64,000 nucleotides of DNA from Occultella glacieicola. GTDB taxonomy: Bacteria; Actinomycetota; Actinomycetes; Actinomycetales; Beutenbergiaceae. Below the pieces are notes generated by a model. It had not been told where the DNA came from. It saw only the letters and a list, made by a program, of their open reading frames with translations, and searched no databases. Within the stretch, counting starts at the first letter, position 1; each line of letters starts with the position of its first letter. Shown here in pieces: positions 9,458 through 19,045 of this stretch. The stretch is from contig NZ_SMNA01000007.1 of NCBI RefSeq assembly GCF_004353825.1, positions 1 to 64,000 on the forward strand, in the 5' to 3' direction. The position numbers and the translations under genes are program-made.

Positions 9458-11343
9458 GGGCGATCGTCACCGACCTCGACGGCACCATCGCGTTCGGCGG
9501 GCGCCGCCCGGCCCGGTCGATCCGGTCCGCGCTGCTGCGCCTCGCGGTCGCTCCGGACACGAGGGTGGTGCTGGCCACCTCACGCACGCCGCGGTGCATC
9601 GGCGACTGGTTCGGTCCCCGGGCCCACCGGTTCGACCTGGTCTGCTGCAACGGCGCGCTCGTCGTGCCGCGTTCCGGCGCCACCGCAACGGTGACCCGGA
9701 CCGCGATCCCGCCCTCCGCCGTCGAGCAGATCGTGGCGGCGCTCGGCGCCGCCGGTGCCGCCTACTGCCTGGAGTACGGGCACGAGTTCGTCGCCACAGA
9801 CCACGACTCGCTGCCCTGGTGGGGGACCCGGCACCGCCGGGTTCTCGGCCCCGGACGGGTGCCGGACCCGGTCGGCGTGGTCAAGGTGACCGTGGCCCGG
9901 GCGCAGGAGTGGGCACGGATGTTGGACCCGGTCGAGGGTGTGGACGTGTTCCCCCACGAGACCGGGGACCTGGACGTCGTCGCCCGCGGTGTGGACAAGG
10001 CGGCCGCCCTCGTGCGGCTGCTCGACGGCACCCGCACGGCCGTGCTGGCGCTCGGCAACGATCGCAACGACCTGGCGCTGCTGCGGGCGGCGGACCGGGC
10101 CTTCGTGGTCGGCGCCGGGCTTCCCGAGCTGGACGGGCTAGCCGCCGTGCGGCGTGTCGCCGCGAGCCCTGGCGCGGTGCGTTCCGCTCTGCGGACCGGG
10201 GCCCCGTCAACTCGTGGACGTCCTCCCGGCCGAGCGGGCCGGGACCCGCTCCGGCGTGGGGCCGCCGACCGCCGCTGCGGTCAACGCCGCCAGTCGCGCG
10301 GCGGCCAGGTCCGGGTAGCGGCCCACGCGCTCGTAGGCCGCGTACTGCTGCACCGCGCGGGCGTAGTGGCGGGCTGCCGCCCGCGGGTCCCCGAGCGCCT
10401 CATAGGTGCGCCCCAGGTGTCGGTGCCCGTGGGCGTGCTCCGGCAGGGTGCGGGCCCGGGCGGCCAACGCGAGCGCCTCCTGGTGGCGGGCCAGGGCGGT
10501 GCCGTGGTCGCCGCGACGGGCATCGACCATGCCCCGGACGTTGATCATCCGGGGCACGGACCCCGTCAGCTGGATCTCACGCGCAAGGCTCAGGCCCCGC
10601 TCGACGTACCTCTCGGCGGCATCGAGATCGCCGTCCTCGGCGGCGAGGATGCTCTGCCAGCAGAGCGCCGCCGGCTCGGTGCGTCGCAGTTGGCGATCGC
10701 ACACGAGGGTGTGCAGCTCATCGGCGTACCGTCGCGCGGACGCCAGGTCCAGCCATTCGACGGCGTATTCGGCCAGCTGGTCGAGCATCGTCGCGAGTTC
10801 GTCGTCCTGGCGCTCGGTGCGGGCCATCGCGGTCGCCTCCATCATCAGGGCGTGGCCGTCCGCGATCCTGCCGAGACCCATGACGGTGGCGCCGAGCTGG
10901 CCGAGCACGTGGGGCCGGTGTCGGGTGTGACCGGACTCGTCGAAGAGGGCGAGCGCCTCACGGTACAAGTCCTCGGCCCGGCTGCAGTGGCCGAGCTCGG
11001 ACTCGTAGCTTCCGAGGTTGCACACGGCGACCGCCTGCCGGTCGGGGGATCCCTCGGAGCGCAGCGCGATCAAGGCGTTCTCGGTGCGACGCACGGCGTC
11101 GTCGACGCGACCGACGTCGTCGAGCAGCGCTCCGAGCGAGACCTCCATGATGGGGATCCGGTCGGGGTCCTCAGCACTCGACTCGACGGTCTGGGTGAGC
11201 AGCTCGACCGCCTCGTGGAGGTAGCCCTGCGGATGCAGCAGCGGCGCCACGGCCTGTGCGAGGTCGACCAGTCCGGGGACGCCGAGCGTGCGGGCGGCCC
11301 TCGCCAGTGCCACGACGTTCGAGCGCTGCCGCACGGCCCATGA
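9454..11343 (+). CDS. Cof-type HAD hydrolase (domain ends near 10200; frame stays open to 11343)
   Basis: ATGA overlap with the MFS stop; DLDGT, LATSR, CCNGA, GVDKA and GNDRND motifs. Confidence 0.75.
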   Translation: MRAIVTDLDGTIAFGGRRPARSIRSALLRLAVAPDTRVVLATSRTPRCIGDWFGPRAHRFDLVCCNGALVVPRSGATATVTRTAIPPSAVEQIVAALGAAGAAYCLEYGHEFVATDHDSLPWWGTRHRRVLGPGRVPDPVGVVKVTVARAQEWARMLDPVEGVDVFPHETGDLDVVARGVDKAAALVRLLDGTRTAVLALGNDRNDLALLRAADRAFVVGAGLPELDGLAAVRRVAASPGAVRSALRTGAPSTRGRPPGRAGRDPLRRGAADRRCGQRRQSRGGQVRVAAHALVGRVLLHRAGVVAGCRPRVPERLIGAPQVSVPVGVLRQGAGPGGQRERLLVAGQGGAVVAATGIDHAPDVDHPGHGPRQLDLTRKAQAPLDVPLGGIEIAVLGGEDALPAERRRLGASQLAIAHEGVQLIGVPSRGRQVQPFDGVFGQLVEHRREFVVLALGAGHRGRLHHQGVAVRDPAETHDGGAELAEHVGPVSGVTGLVEEGERLTVQVLGPAAVAELGLVASEVAHGDRLPVGGSLGAQRDQGVLGATHGVVDATDVVEQRSERDLHDGDPVGVLSTRLDGLGEQLDRLVEVALRMQQRRHGLCEVDQSGDAERAGGPRQCHDVRALPHGP

Positions 11344-13221
11344 GGCGGCCAGAGCCGGGGTCGTGAAGGGGCTCTCGTAGCCATCGGTGACAGCGGCGCG
11401 GTGGGGGGCCCGCGTCGGTGCCCAGGTGTCGCACGCCAGGAACCCGGTGCGGGTCAGGTGCCGGATCAGGCGGCTCAGCGACTCCCGCCGCGCGTCATGG
11501 CTCAGTTCGTGTTCTGCGAGTTCGCGGGTGTAGGCCGCGAGCAGGTCGTGCTGGGTGTATCGGCCGTCGGCCGGTTCGACCAGGTGCACTCGTCGGAGCG
11601 TCTCCAGGCCACGTCGCGCGGTGGCGCCGTCGACGTCCGCGAGCGCGGCCAGGTCCGCCGCGTCCAGGTCCGCCCCCGCGTGGACACCGAGGTGCTGAAG
11701 CAGTCTCCGGTCCGGCTGGGTCAAGCTCTCGTAGGACCAGCTCAACACCGAACGGATGCCGGCGTCCGGGTCCCCGGCGGCGTCGAGGAGGTCCAGGCGG
11801 GTGCGATGATCGTCCAGCTCGGCGAGCAGCTGCGCCATCGGTTGCGTTCCGGTGCCGATCTGCTCGACGAGCAGGCGGAGTGCCAGGGGAAGGTAGCCGC
11901 ACCGTCCGGCCAGCGCCGGCAGCAGCTCGCGGTCCTGCGTGTGGGTGGCAAGCAGGCTGACGGCGTCCGCCTCGGTGAGTCCGCCCAGGTCGACCCGGGG
12001 TACGCCGTCGCGTCCGACGAGCCCGGGCAGGGCGTGCCGGCTGGTCACCAGCAGCACCGACGTACCGTCGCCCGGCAGCAGCGGGCGCACCTGGTCGGGC
12101 TCACCGGCGTTGTCCGCGACCAGCAGCAGCCGCCGTTCGACGGTCAGCGAGCGCAGCAGCGCGGAGCGGCCGTCGAGATCACGCGGGATCAGTTCGTTGC
12201 TGACCCCGAGGGCGAGCAGCCACGAGGTGATCACTGCGCCGGCCGTGAGTGGCGGCCTGGCGCTGAACCCGCCCAGGTCGGCGTACAGCTGGCCGTCCGG
12301 GTACACCTCGCGGTGCTCGTGCGCCCACTGGAGGGCGAGGGAGGTCTTGCCGGCGCCCGCAGGTCCGGCGATCAATGCGGTCCGGGCCCCCGAGCCGAGG
12401 GCGTGGTGCAGGGCCGAGAGTTCGGCCCGCCGCCCGACGAACCCGGTGACGGCGGGCCGGAGCTGGTTCGGGCGCGGCGGCGCGCTGCTGGGTGCGACGG
12501 CAGCCTCACCGGAAAGCACGAGGGCGTGCACCCCGCGTAACTCCGGCCCGGGCTCCACCCCCAACTCCTCGGCGAGCGCACGATGGGTACGGCGGTAGTG
12601 CTCGAGCGCATCGGCCTGCCGTCCCGCGCGGTACAGACCGGTGATGAGCAAGCCCTGCAGACGTTCCCGCAGTGGGTGCCCGGCCGCCAGCGCGGCGAGG
12701 TCGCTGAGCACTGCGGCATGGTTGTGGTGGCCGAGCTCCACCGTGTACCGGACCTCGAGGAGCTCCAGGTCGAGCTCGGTCAGCCGCCACGCCTCCGCCC
12801 GGACCGCGTCGCCGTCGAGACCCTCGTAAGCCTCGCCGCGCCAGAGCGCCTGCGCCGCGTGCGCGAGCGGGATCATCCGGGTGTGGTCGAGGCCGGGTGC
12901 GAGGGCCTGGTTCCGCAGCGACTCGAACAGGGTCGCGTCGAACTCATCGGTCTCGGCGTGCAGCACGTACCCGTCCGGCCCGTGGGTCAGCCGGTCCGCC
13001 GTGTCGAGCAGCTTGCGGAGCCGGTGCAGGTGCACCTGGAGCCGGCCCGGCCCGCCCTCGCGCAAGCCGGGCCAGGCGGCGTCGGCGAGCACACCAGCGG
13101 TCACGGGCCGGTTCACGTGGGCGAGCAGGTGCGCGAGCAGGGTGCGCTGAAGCCGGCCCGACGGCGTCACCTCGGTTTCGCCGTCGAGAACCTGCAACGG
13201 GCCCAGTACCCCAAACCGCAT
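10207..13221 (-). CDS. AfsR/SARP-family regulator (wHTH-BTAD-NB-ARC-TPR)
   Basis: MRFGVLGPL, HPLRERL, ELGVEPGPEL, Walker A GPAGAGKT, LLVADNA, LPLAL and TPR-like C-terminus. Confidence 0.93.
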   Translation of the reverse strand: MRFGVLGPLQVLDGETEVTPSGRLQRTLLAHLLAHVNRPVTAGVLADAAWPGLREGGPGRLQVHLHRLRKLLDTADRLTHGPDGYVLHAETDEFDATLFESLRNQALAPGLDHTRMIPLAHAAQALWRGEAYEGLDGDAVRAEAWRLTELDLELLEVRYTVELGHHNHAAVLSDLAALAAGHPLRERLQGLLITGLYRAGRQADALEHYRRTHRALAEELGVEPGPELRGVHALVLSGEAAVAPSSAPPRPNQLRPAVTGFVGRRAELSALHHALGSGARTALIAGPAGAGKTSLALQWAHEHREVYPDGQLYADLGGFSARPPLTAGAVITSWLLALGVSNELIPRDLDGRSALLRSLTVERRLLLVADNAGEPDQVRPLLPGDGTSVLLVTSRHALPGLVGRDGVPRVDLGGLTEADAVSLLATHTQDRELLPALAGRCGYLPLALRLLVEQIGTGTQPMAQLLAELDDHRTRLDLLDAAGDPDAGIRSVLSWSYESLTQPDRRLLQHLGVHAGADLDAADLAALADVDGATARRGLETLRRVHLVEPADGRYTQHDLLAAYTRELAEHELSHDARRESLSRLIRHLTRTGFLACDTWAPTRAPHRAAVTDGYESPFTTPALAASWAVRQRSNVVALARAARTLGVPGLVDLAQAVAPLLHPQGYLHEAVELLTQTVESSAEDPDRIPIMEVSLGALLDDVGRVDDAVRRTENALIALRSEGSPDRQAVAVCNLGSYESELGHCSRAEDLYREALALFDESGHTRHRPHVLGQLGATVMGLGRIADGHALMMEATAMARTERQDDELATMLDQLAEYAVEWLDLASARRYADELHTLVCDRQLRRTEPAALCWQSILAAEDGDLDAAERYVERGLSLAREIQLTGSVPRMINVRGMVDARRGDHGTALARHQEALALAARARTLPEHAHGHRHLGRTYEALGDPRAAARHYARAVQQYAAYERVGRYPDLAAARLAALTAAAVGGPTPERVPARSAGRTSTS

Positions 13222-13334
13222 GCGGTGCGATTCCGTGCGATTCACCCCCGGTCGGTGCGCCCCCGGCGCGTATCCGCTTCGGATCATGCTCCTGTACGGG
13301 GGATTGGGGAAGGGCAATTCTCCGGAACGCCCGC

Positions 13335-14333
13335 TCAGATCCCGATCGTGAGCGTCGAGACGTAGCCGTCGGAGACGTCCCCGGTGACCGTCGCGAGCTG
13401 GGTGATCCCGCCGTCCTCACCGAACACGTTGTCGCGGGTGAGGCTGGTCCCGGACAGGTTCGCGGTGCTGCCCGGGTAGTCGGCCCGGCCGTACACCGCC
13501 TCGCAGACCTCCTGGGGCAGCGCGATCTGCGACGTCTTGAGGATCCGGCCGGCGCTGGTCGCGTTCGCCAGGGACTCGTACACCTCGAAGTGGATGTGCG
13601 GCCACCGGCCGGAGTAGCAGGCCGGGAAGATCGAGGTGAACGTGACAGTGCCCTGGGCGGAGGTCTCCTGCACCCCGCGCAGGTAGTTCTCGTTCTCGAC
13701 GCCGTCGGAGTAGAGGGAGTACTTCCCGTCGGCGTCGCAGTGCCATGCGTAGACGGCCAGTCCCGGCATCACGAGGCCGGTCGCAACGTCTCGAACGGTC
13801 AGCGAGAACGTCAGCGGGACCCCCTCGGCGGTCGTCGTCGAGGCGCCGAAGCTCGACCGGATGTCCGAGCGCACGATGCCGGAGTCGTCCAGCACGTTCG
13901 CACCGTTCGAACCGTCGGCTGGGTAGGGGCCCTGGGTCTCGTCGGGGACCTCGGTGACGCTGACGGAGTCGCCGGTCGTCGCGCCCGTGGCCGGCTCGTT
14001 CGTGCCCGACGGCGTCGCGGAGGAGGGCGTGCCGGTCGCCTCGCTGCTGGGGCCGGCCGTGCAGGCCGCGAGCAGGCCGACCCCGGCCGCCCCGAACAGC
14101 CCGAGGGCGGTGCGCCGGTCGAACAGGGTCTCCAGGTCGTAGACGAGGCCGCGGTCCTCCTCGTCGGTGACGTTGCCGTCCGCGTCGAGCCACTGCTCCT
14201 GCGGCGGCCGGGTAGCCCCGCTCGGGCGCCGGTCCGCCGCCGGCTGACCGGTCACCCGGATCGGGCTCGGGCGGCTCGTCCGCGTGGTCCGTCGCAGGGG
14301 TCCGAGGATCGTGCTTCGTCGCCGGTTGAACAT
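13335..14333 (-). CDS. Tat-exported lipoprotein of the intradiol ring-cleavage dioxygenase family
   Basis: DRRTALG twin-arginine, LAAC lipobox, ETQGPYP, WHCD, YSLY and YSGRWPHIH; start uncertain. Confidence 0.82.
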   Translation of the reverse strand: MFNRRRSTILGPLRRTTRTSRPSPIRVTGQPAADRRPSGATRPPQEQWLDADGNVTDEEDRGLVYDLETLFDRRTALGLFGAAGVGLLAACTAGPSSEATGTPSSATPSGTNEPATGATTGDSVSVTEVPDETQGPYPADGSNGANVLDDSGIVRSDIRSSFGASTTTAEGVPLTFSLTVRDVATGLVMPGLAVYAWHCDADGKYSLYSDGVENENYLRGVQETSAQGTVTFTSIFPACYSGRWPHIHFEVYESLANATSAGRILKTSQIALPQEVCEAVYGRADYPGSTANLSGTSLTRDNVFGEDGGITQLATVTGDVSDGYVSTLTIGI

Positions 14334-14528
14334 GAGTGCTCGCCTTCTCGTCAGGGGGCGCGGTTGGGGGTCCGCTCCGCCGAGTGTCGGGCGGCCGGCT
14401 GACGCGATCCTGACCGGACCCTTGGTGGGGGCTGGGAGCGGGCGCCGCGTATCACGGACACCCGCCGGTGCCTCCTCCCTGCTACCCGGCCTGCACCGGA
14501 TCCCCCGAGACCCGAGAGGACCCCGTCG

Positions 14529-15614
14529 ATGAGCGACGCCTCCTTCGCCTTCCTGGTCCACCCCCGCGCCCACCTGGCCCCGGACTTGGGCCTGGTCTGG
14601 GCGCCGCTCGCCCGGGTGCCGGAGCGCTACTACGACCTGGCCCTGCGCAAGCTGCCGCTGCGGCCGTTCACGATGGCCGCGGTGCACATCGACGGCCGCC
14701 GGGTCGGGCGCATCGTGATGGTGCCCTATGGTGCCCGGCACCTGCTCGAGGATCCGGTCGAGGGCCGCGCCCGGGTGCACCGGGCCGTCGACGTCGCGGC
14801 CCGTGCCGGTGCCGACGTGGTGGGCCTCGGAGCGCTCACCGCCACCGTGACCCGCGGCGGGCTGAGCCTGACCGGCCGCACCGACATCGGGGTCACCAAC
14901 GGCAACGCGTTCACCGCGGCCACCGTGGACAGCCAGGCCCGCCGACTCCTGGACGGCCTGGACGGCCTGAACGGCCTGAACGGCACCGCCGGTGTGCTCG
15001 CCACGGCCGGCCGGCGGGTGGCCGTGGTGGGGGCCAGCGGTAGCGTCGGTGCAGCGGTCAGTGAACTCCTGGCCGCGGATGGTGGTCTCGACCACCTCAG
15101 CCTCATCGCCAGGTCCCGCCCACGCCTGGAGGCGCTCGCCGAGCGGATCGCCGGACGGGTACCGACCACGATCGGAACGGACCTCAACGGCCTCGCCGAG
15201 GCCGACCTGGTCATTCTGCTCACGGCCTCCGCCGACGCCCTGGTGCGGCCCGACCACCTCGCACCGGACGCCGTCGTCCTGGATGCGACGCAACCACGCA
15301 ACACGGCACCCGACCTGCTCGAGGCTCGCCCGGACGTGCGGGTCGTCGACGGCGGCATCGTGTCCATCCCGAGCCTGCGGCTGACCGGCGGCGACCTCGG
15401 CCTGTCGCACGGTCGCGCGTATGCGTGCTTCGCCGAGACCGCGCTGCTCGCGCTGACCGGTCACACCGGGCACTTCTGCCTCGGGGTGCCGACCCTCGAG
15501 CAGGTCGCCCACGTCCGCGCCCTGGCCGCGGACCTGGCCCACCTCGGTTTCACCCCCGCCGAGCCGACCTCCTTCGGCAGGCCGCTGGCCACCGCGGCGA
15601 CGGTGCCGGCATGA
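14529..15614 (+). CDS. Acyl-ACP-reductase-like / COG5322-type NAD(P)-dependent dehydrogenase
   Basis: FAFLVHP, GLGALT, TNGNAFT, GASGSVG and YACFAET motifs. Confidence 0.75.
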   Translation: MSDASFAFLVHPRAHLAPDLGLVWAPLARVPERYYDLALRKLPLRPFTMAAVHIDGRRVGRIVMVPYGARHLLEDPVEGRARVHRAVDVAARAGADVVGLGALTATVTRGGLSLTGRTDIGVTNGNAFTAATVDSQARRLLDGLDGLNGLNGTAGVLATAGRRVAVVGASGSVGAAVSELLAADGGLDHLSLIARSRPRLEALAERIAGRVPTTIGTDLNGLAEADLVILLTASADALVRPDHLAPDAVVLDATQPRNTAPDLLEARPDVRVVDGGIVSIPSLRLTGGDLGLSHGRAYACFAETALLALTGHTGHFCLGVPTLEQVAHVRALAADLAHLGFTPAEPTSFGRPLATAATVPA

Positions 15615-16891
15615 ACGCCCGCGTGGTGCTCCTCGGCGGCGGGTACGTGACCCTGTTCGCCTACCGTGCCCTGATGAGGCGGCTCGGGCACCAGGTGCGC
15701 TCGGGCCGCCTCGAGGTCGTCGTGGTCAGCCCCGACGACGCCCACAGCTTCCACGGCTTCACGGGTGAGGTGATCGCCGGCATCCTCCCGTTCGAACGCA
15801 CGCGCACGCCGCTGGCGGAGGTCATGCCGCAGGCCCGGATCCTGCGCGCGCGGGCAGTCCGGATCGACCGGCGGCAGCGGCTGGTCGAGATCGAACGGGC
15901 CGACGACGGCGTCCGGTCCGATCTGTCGTACACGGCCCTCGTGGTGGGTACCGGCGGGCGCGAGCCCGTGGGGATGGTTCCGGGGATGGCCCGCCACGGG
16001 TGGACGTTGCGGGGCCCGGGGGACATCCGGGCGCTCACCGACCGGATCGCCGCGGCCGTGCACGCGCCGGCCGGGACCGCGGGTCGGCGGGTCGTCGTGG
16101 TCGGTGGTGGCCTGGCCGGGGTGGAACTCGCCGCGGCCGCCGCCGACCGTGGCGCCGGCGACCTGCAGGTCACCCTGGTGCACTCCGGGCCACGGTTGCT
16201 GCCGGAGCTGGACGACCAGCCCCGACTGCGCGAGCGCGCGGAGGCCGAACTGGCTCGGCTCGGGGTCGCCGTGCGGACCCGGGTCCGGGCCGCCGAGGTC
16301 GACTCCGGTGGTACGCGGCTGGCCGACGGGACCTACCTGCGCGCCGGCACCGTGATCGCCACGGTCGGGCAGGCCCCGGTGGGCCTCGCCGGGCTCGAGG
16401 AGTTCCGCGACGAGCGGGGACGGCTCACCACGGGGCCCGACCTGTCCGTGACCACCGGCATCTGGGCGGCCGGGGATGCCGCCCGGGTGGTGCGGCCCGG
16501 CACCCGCGAGGCGGTGCCGGCGAACGCGCTCTGGGCGATCAAGGCGGGCGCGCACGCCGGGGCGAATGTGGCCGCGTCGCTGCATGCCGGGCTCGGGCTC
16601 CCGGGGCGCGCCGCCCGTGCGGCGCGGCCGTTCACCTACCGCGGGCTCGGCCGGGCCGCGTCGTTCGGTCTCGGCCGTTCGATCAGCGAGCTCTACGGCA
16701 TCCCGTTCACCGGCGCCCTCGCCTGGGTGCTGCGACTGGTGTTCTTCCTCCGCTTCATGCCGTCCCGACGGCGGGCGCTCGCGGTACTGGGAGACCTCGC
16801 CGCGGGTCGTGGTCGCGTCACCGGCGCCGGGCGGGCGTCATCGGGCGTTGTCCCAGTGTTCGCATCGCGTTCGCCCGAGGTGGTGCCCTGA
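15611..16891 (+). CDS. NAD(P)/FAD-dependent oxidoreductase (NDH-2-like)
   Basis: LGGGY, GGGLAGVELA and WAAGD motifs; ATGA overlap with the upstream gene. Confidence 0.85.
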   Translation: MNARVVLLGGGYVTLFAYRALMRRLGHQVRSGRLEVVVVSPDDAHSFHGFTGEVIAGILPFERTRTPLAEVMPQARILRARAVRIDRRQRLVEIERADDGVRSDLSYTALVVGTGGREPVGMVPGMARHGWTLRGPGDIRALTDRIAAAVHAPAGTAGRRVVVVGGGLAGVELAAAAADRGAGDLQVTLVHSGPRLLPELDDQPRLRERAEAELARLGVAVRTRVRAAEVDSGGTRLADGTYLRAGTVIATVGQAPVGLAGLEEFRDERGRLTTGPDLSVTTGIWAAGDAARVVRPGTREAVPANALWAIKAGAHAGANVAASLHAGLGLPGRAARAARPFTYRGLGRAASFGLGRSISELYGIPFTGALAWVLRLVFFLRFMPSRRRALAVLGDLAAGRGRVTGAGRASSGVVPVFASRSPEVVP

Positions 16892-16939
16892 GGGGGTGGG
16901 ATCGAGGTCCGGCGACTTCGACCAGAACGGGATCTCACC

Positions 16940-17797
16940 ATGCGCATCCATCGACTCGTCAGCGTCCTGTCCGCGACCGCGCTCGCGGCCACGGCGGTCC
17001 TGGTGCCCGTCACGGCGGCCACGGCCGACCGGCCCGGCGCCGACCTCCCCACCGCGCACGACCAGGCCCACGCGCACAACGACTACGAGCACGACCGCCC
17101 GCTGTACGACGCGCTGGCGCACGGCTTCACGAGCGTCGAGGCGGATGTGTGGCTCGTCGACGGTGAGCTGCTCGTGGCCCACGACGCCGAGGATCTCGAT
17201 CCGGAGCGCACCTTCGCGAGCCTGTATCTGGAGCCGCTCCGGGACCTCGTCCGGGGCCGCGGGCGCAGCGTGTTCCCGCACTGGGACGGGACGTTCCAGC
17301 TTCTCATCGACATCAAGTCGGAGGGCGAGAGCACCTACGCCGCGATCGAGTCGGAGCTGGCCCAGTACCGCCCGGTGTTCGCGCAGTACGTCCGCGGCCG
17401 GGTCCTCGACGGTCCCGTGCAGGCGGTGATCAGCGGGAACCGGCCGCTGGCGACGATGGCCGACGCTGACCGGCGGTACGGGTTCTACGACGGGCGCTCC
17501 GGCGACCTGGACTCGGGGATCCCGGCCGCACTGATGCCACTGGTCAGCGACAACTGGGCGAACCTGTTCACCTGGTCCGGTACCGGTGAGATGCCCGCCG
17601 ACGAGCGGGAGCAGCTGCATGCCTACGTCGCCGCCGCCCACGCGGCCGGCTACCGGGTGCGGTTCTGGAACACCCTGGACGTGGCGGGACCGGCCCGCGA
17701 CGCGATCTGGACGGAGCTGCTCGACGCCGGCGTCGACCACCTCAACACCGACGACCTGGCCGGCCTGGACCAGTTCCTGACCGCCGGGGGGCGCTGA
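16940..17797 (+). CDS. Secreted PI-PLC/GDPD-fold phosphodiesterase
   Basis: Signal peptide; HAHNDYEH, SVEADVW, LLIDIK and LNTDDL motifs. Confidence 0.82.
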   Translation: MRIHRLVSVLSATALAATAVLVPVTAATADRPGADLPTAHDQAHAHNDYEHDRPLYDALAHGFTSVEADVWLVDGELLVAHDAEDLDPERTFASLYLEPLRDLVRGRGRSVFPHWDGTFQLLIDIKSEGESTYAAIESELAQYRPVFAQYVRGRVLDGPVQAVISGNRPLATMADADRRYGFYDGRSGDLDSGIPAALMPLVSDNWANLFTWSGTGEMPADEREQLHAYVAAAHAAGYRVRFWNTLDVAGPARDAIWTELLDAGVDHLNTDDLAGLDQFLTAGGR

Positions 17798-17837
17798 GCG
17801 CACCCGCGTGCGGAGCCGTGGCAAGGGGTCGCCATAG

Positions 17838-17866
17838 GTACGATCGTACACATCGCGGGGTACGAT
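17838..17866 (+). promoter_or_regulatory. Palindromic operator and -10 of a probable leaderless promoter (TetR autoregulation)
   Basis: GTACGATCGTAC (17838-17849); TACGAT (17861-17866) 6 nt before ATG 17873. Confidence 0.55.
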
Positions 17867-17872
17867 TGCCCC

Positions 17873-18457
17873 ATGACACCCACCGACCACTTCGCGGGCG
17901 ATCCGCGCACCAACCGCGAGCGGATGCTCGCCGGTGACCTCTACATCGCCGACGATCCGGACAACGCCCGGCTGGCCGAGCGTGCGGTCCGGCTCCAGGA
18001 CGCCTACCACCGGGCCACCGTCGCCGGCGCGGCGTCTGCGCGGGAGATCCTCGCGGATTTGCTCGGCTCCCTCGGAGCCGACGCCTACGTCAAGCCGCCC
18101 CTGTTCGTCGACTACGGCGAGAACCTCCATGTCGGTGCCCGCACGTTCGTCAACTACAACCTGGTCGCGCTGGACGTCGCGACCATCACGATCGGCGCGG
18201 ACTGCCAGATCGGACCGAACGTCCAGCTGCTGACCCCGACCCACCCGGTCGAGCCCGGACCCCGGCGGGACCGGCTCGAGGCCGCGCGGCCGATCACCAT
18301 CGGGGACAACGTCTGGCTCGGCGGCGGTGTCATCGTGTGCCCGGGAGTGAGCATCGGGGACGACTCCGTGATCGGCGCCGGCGCGGTCGTCACCAAGGAC
18401 ATCCCGCCCGGGGTGGTCGCGGTCGGGAACCCGGCGCGGGTGATCCGCCATGTCTGA
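17873..18457 (+). CDS. Sugar O-acetyltransferase (Maa/LacA family)
   Basis: ERMLAGDLY, VDYGEN, hexapeptide repeats and GNPARV. Confidence 0.92.
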   Translation: MTPTDHFAGDPRTNRERMLAGDLYIADDPDNARLAERAVRLQDAYHRATVAGAASAREILADLLGSLGADAYVKPPLFVDYGENLHVGARTFVNYNLVALDVATITIGADCQIGPNVQLLTPTHPVEPGPRRDRLEAARPITIGDNVWLGGGVIVCPGVSIGDDSVIGAGAVVTKDIPPGVVAVGNPARVIRHV

Positions 18458-19028
18458 GGCCGCGGGCCCGGCCCGGGTGGATCGCGGGCCGGCCCGGCGC
18501 TACGACCCGGACCGACGTCAACGGATCATCGCCGCCTGCCTCGACGTGATCGCGGAGCGGGGCGTCGCCGGGACGAGCCACCGCAGGGTCGCGGCCGCGG
18601 CCGACGTCCCGCTCGGCTCGATGACCTACCACTTCGCCGGGATGGCCGAACTCCTCCAGGAGGCGTTCGGGGCCTTCACCGGGACGGTCGCGGCCACCTT
18701 CGAGCGACGGATGGCACCGGCCACCGATGAGGAGTCCGCCAGGGCCGCCGTCGTCGCCCTCATCTGCGACGACCTGCTCGGGGTGGACCGGGAGCTGGTG
18801 CTCACGCACGAGCTGTACACGCTCGCGGCGCGCGAGGAGAGCTACCGCGAGCTCACGAACGCCTGGATGCGGGCCAGCCGGGCCGCGCTCGAGCGCCACT
18901 TCGACCCGGCGACCGCGCGGATCCTGGACGCCCTGATCGAGGGCCTGACCATCCACCGCGCACTCGACACCGTGCCACACGACCGGGCGCTCGTGGTCGA
19001 CGCGGTCGAGCGAGCCTGCGCCGGCTGA
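18450..19028 (+). CDS. TetR-family regulator
   Basis: GVAGTSHRRVAAAADVPLGSMTYHF HTH. Confidence 0.9.
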   Translation: MSEAAGPARVDRGPARRYDPDRRQRIIAACLDVIAERGVAGTSHRRVAAAADVPLGSMTYHFAGMAELLQEAFGAFTGTVAATFERRMAPATDEESARAAVVALICDDLLGVDRELVLTHELYTLAAREESYRELTNAWMRASRAALERHFDPATARILDALIEGLTIHRALDTVPHDRALVVDAVERACAG

Positions 19029-19045
19029 CCCGGTGCCGCGGCGGG

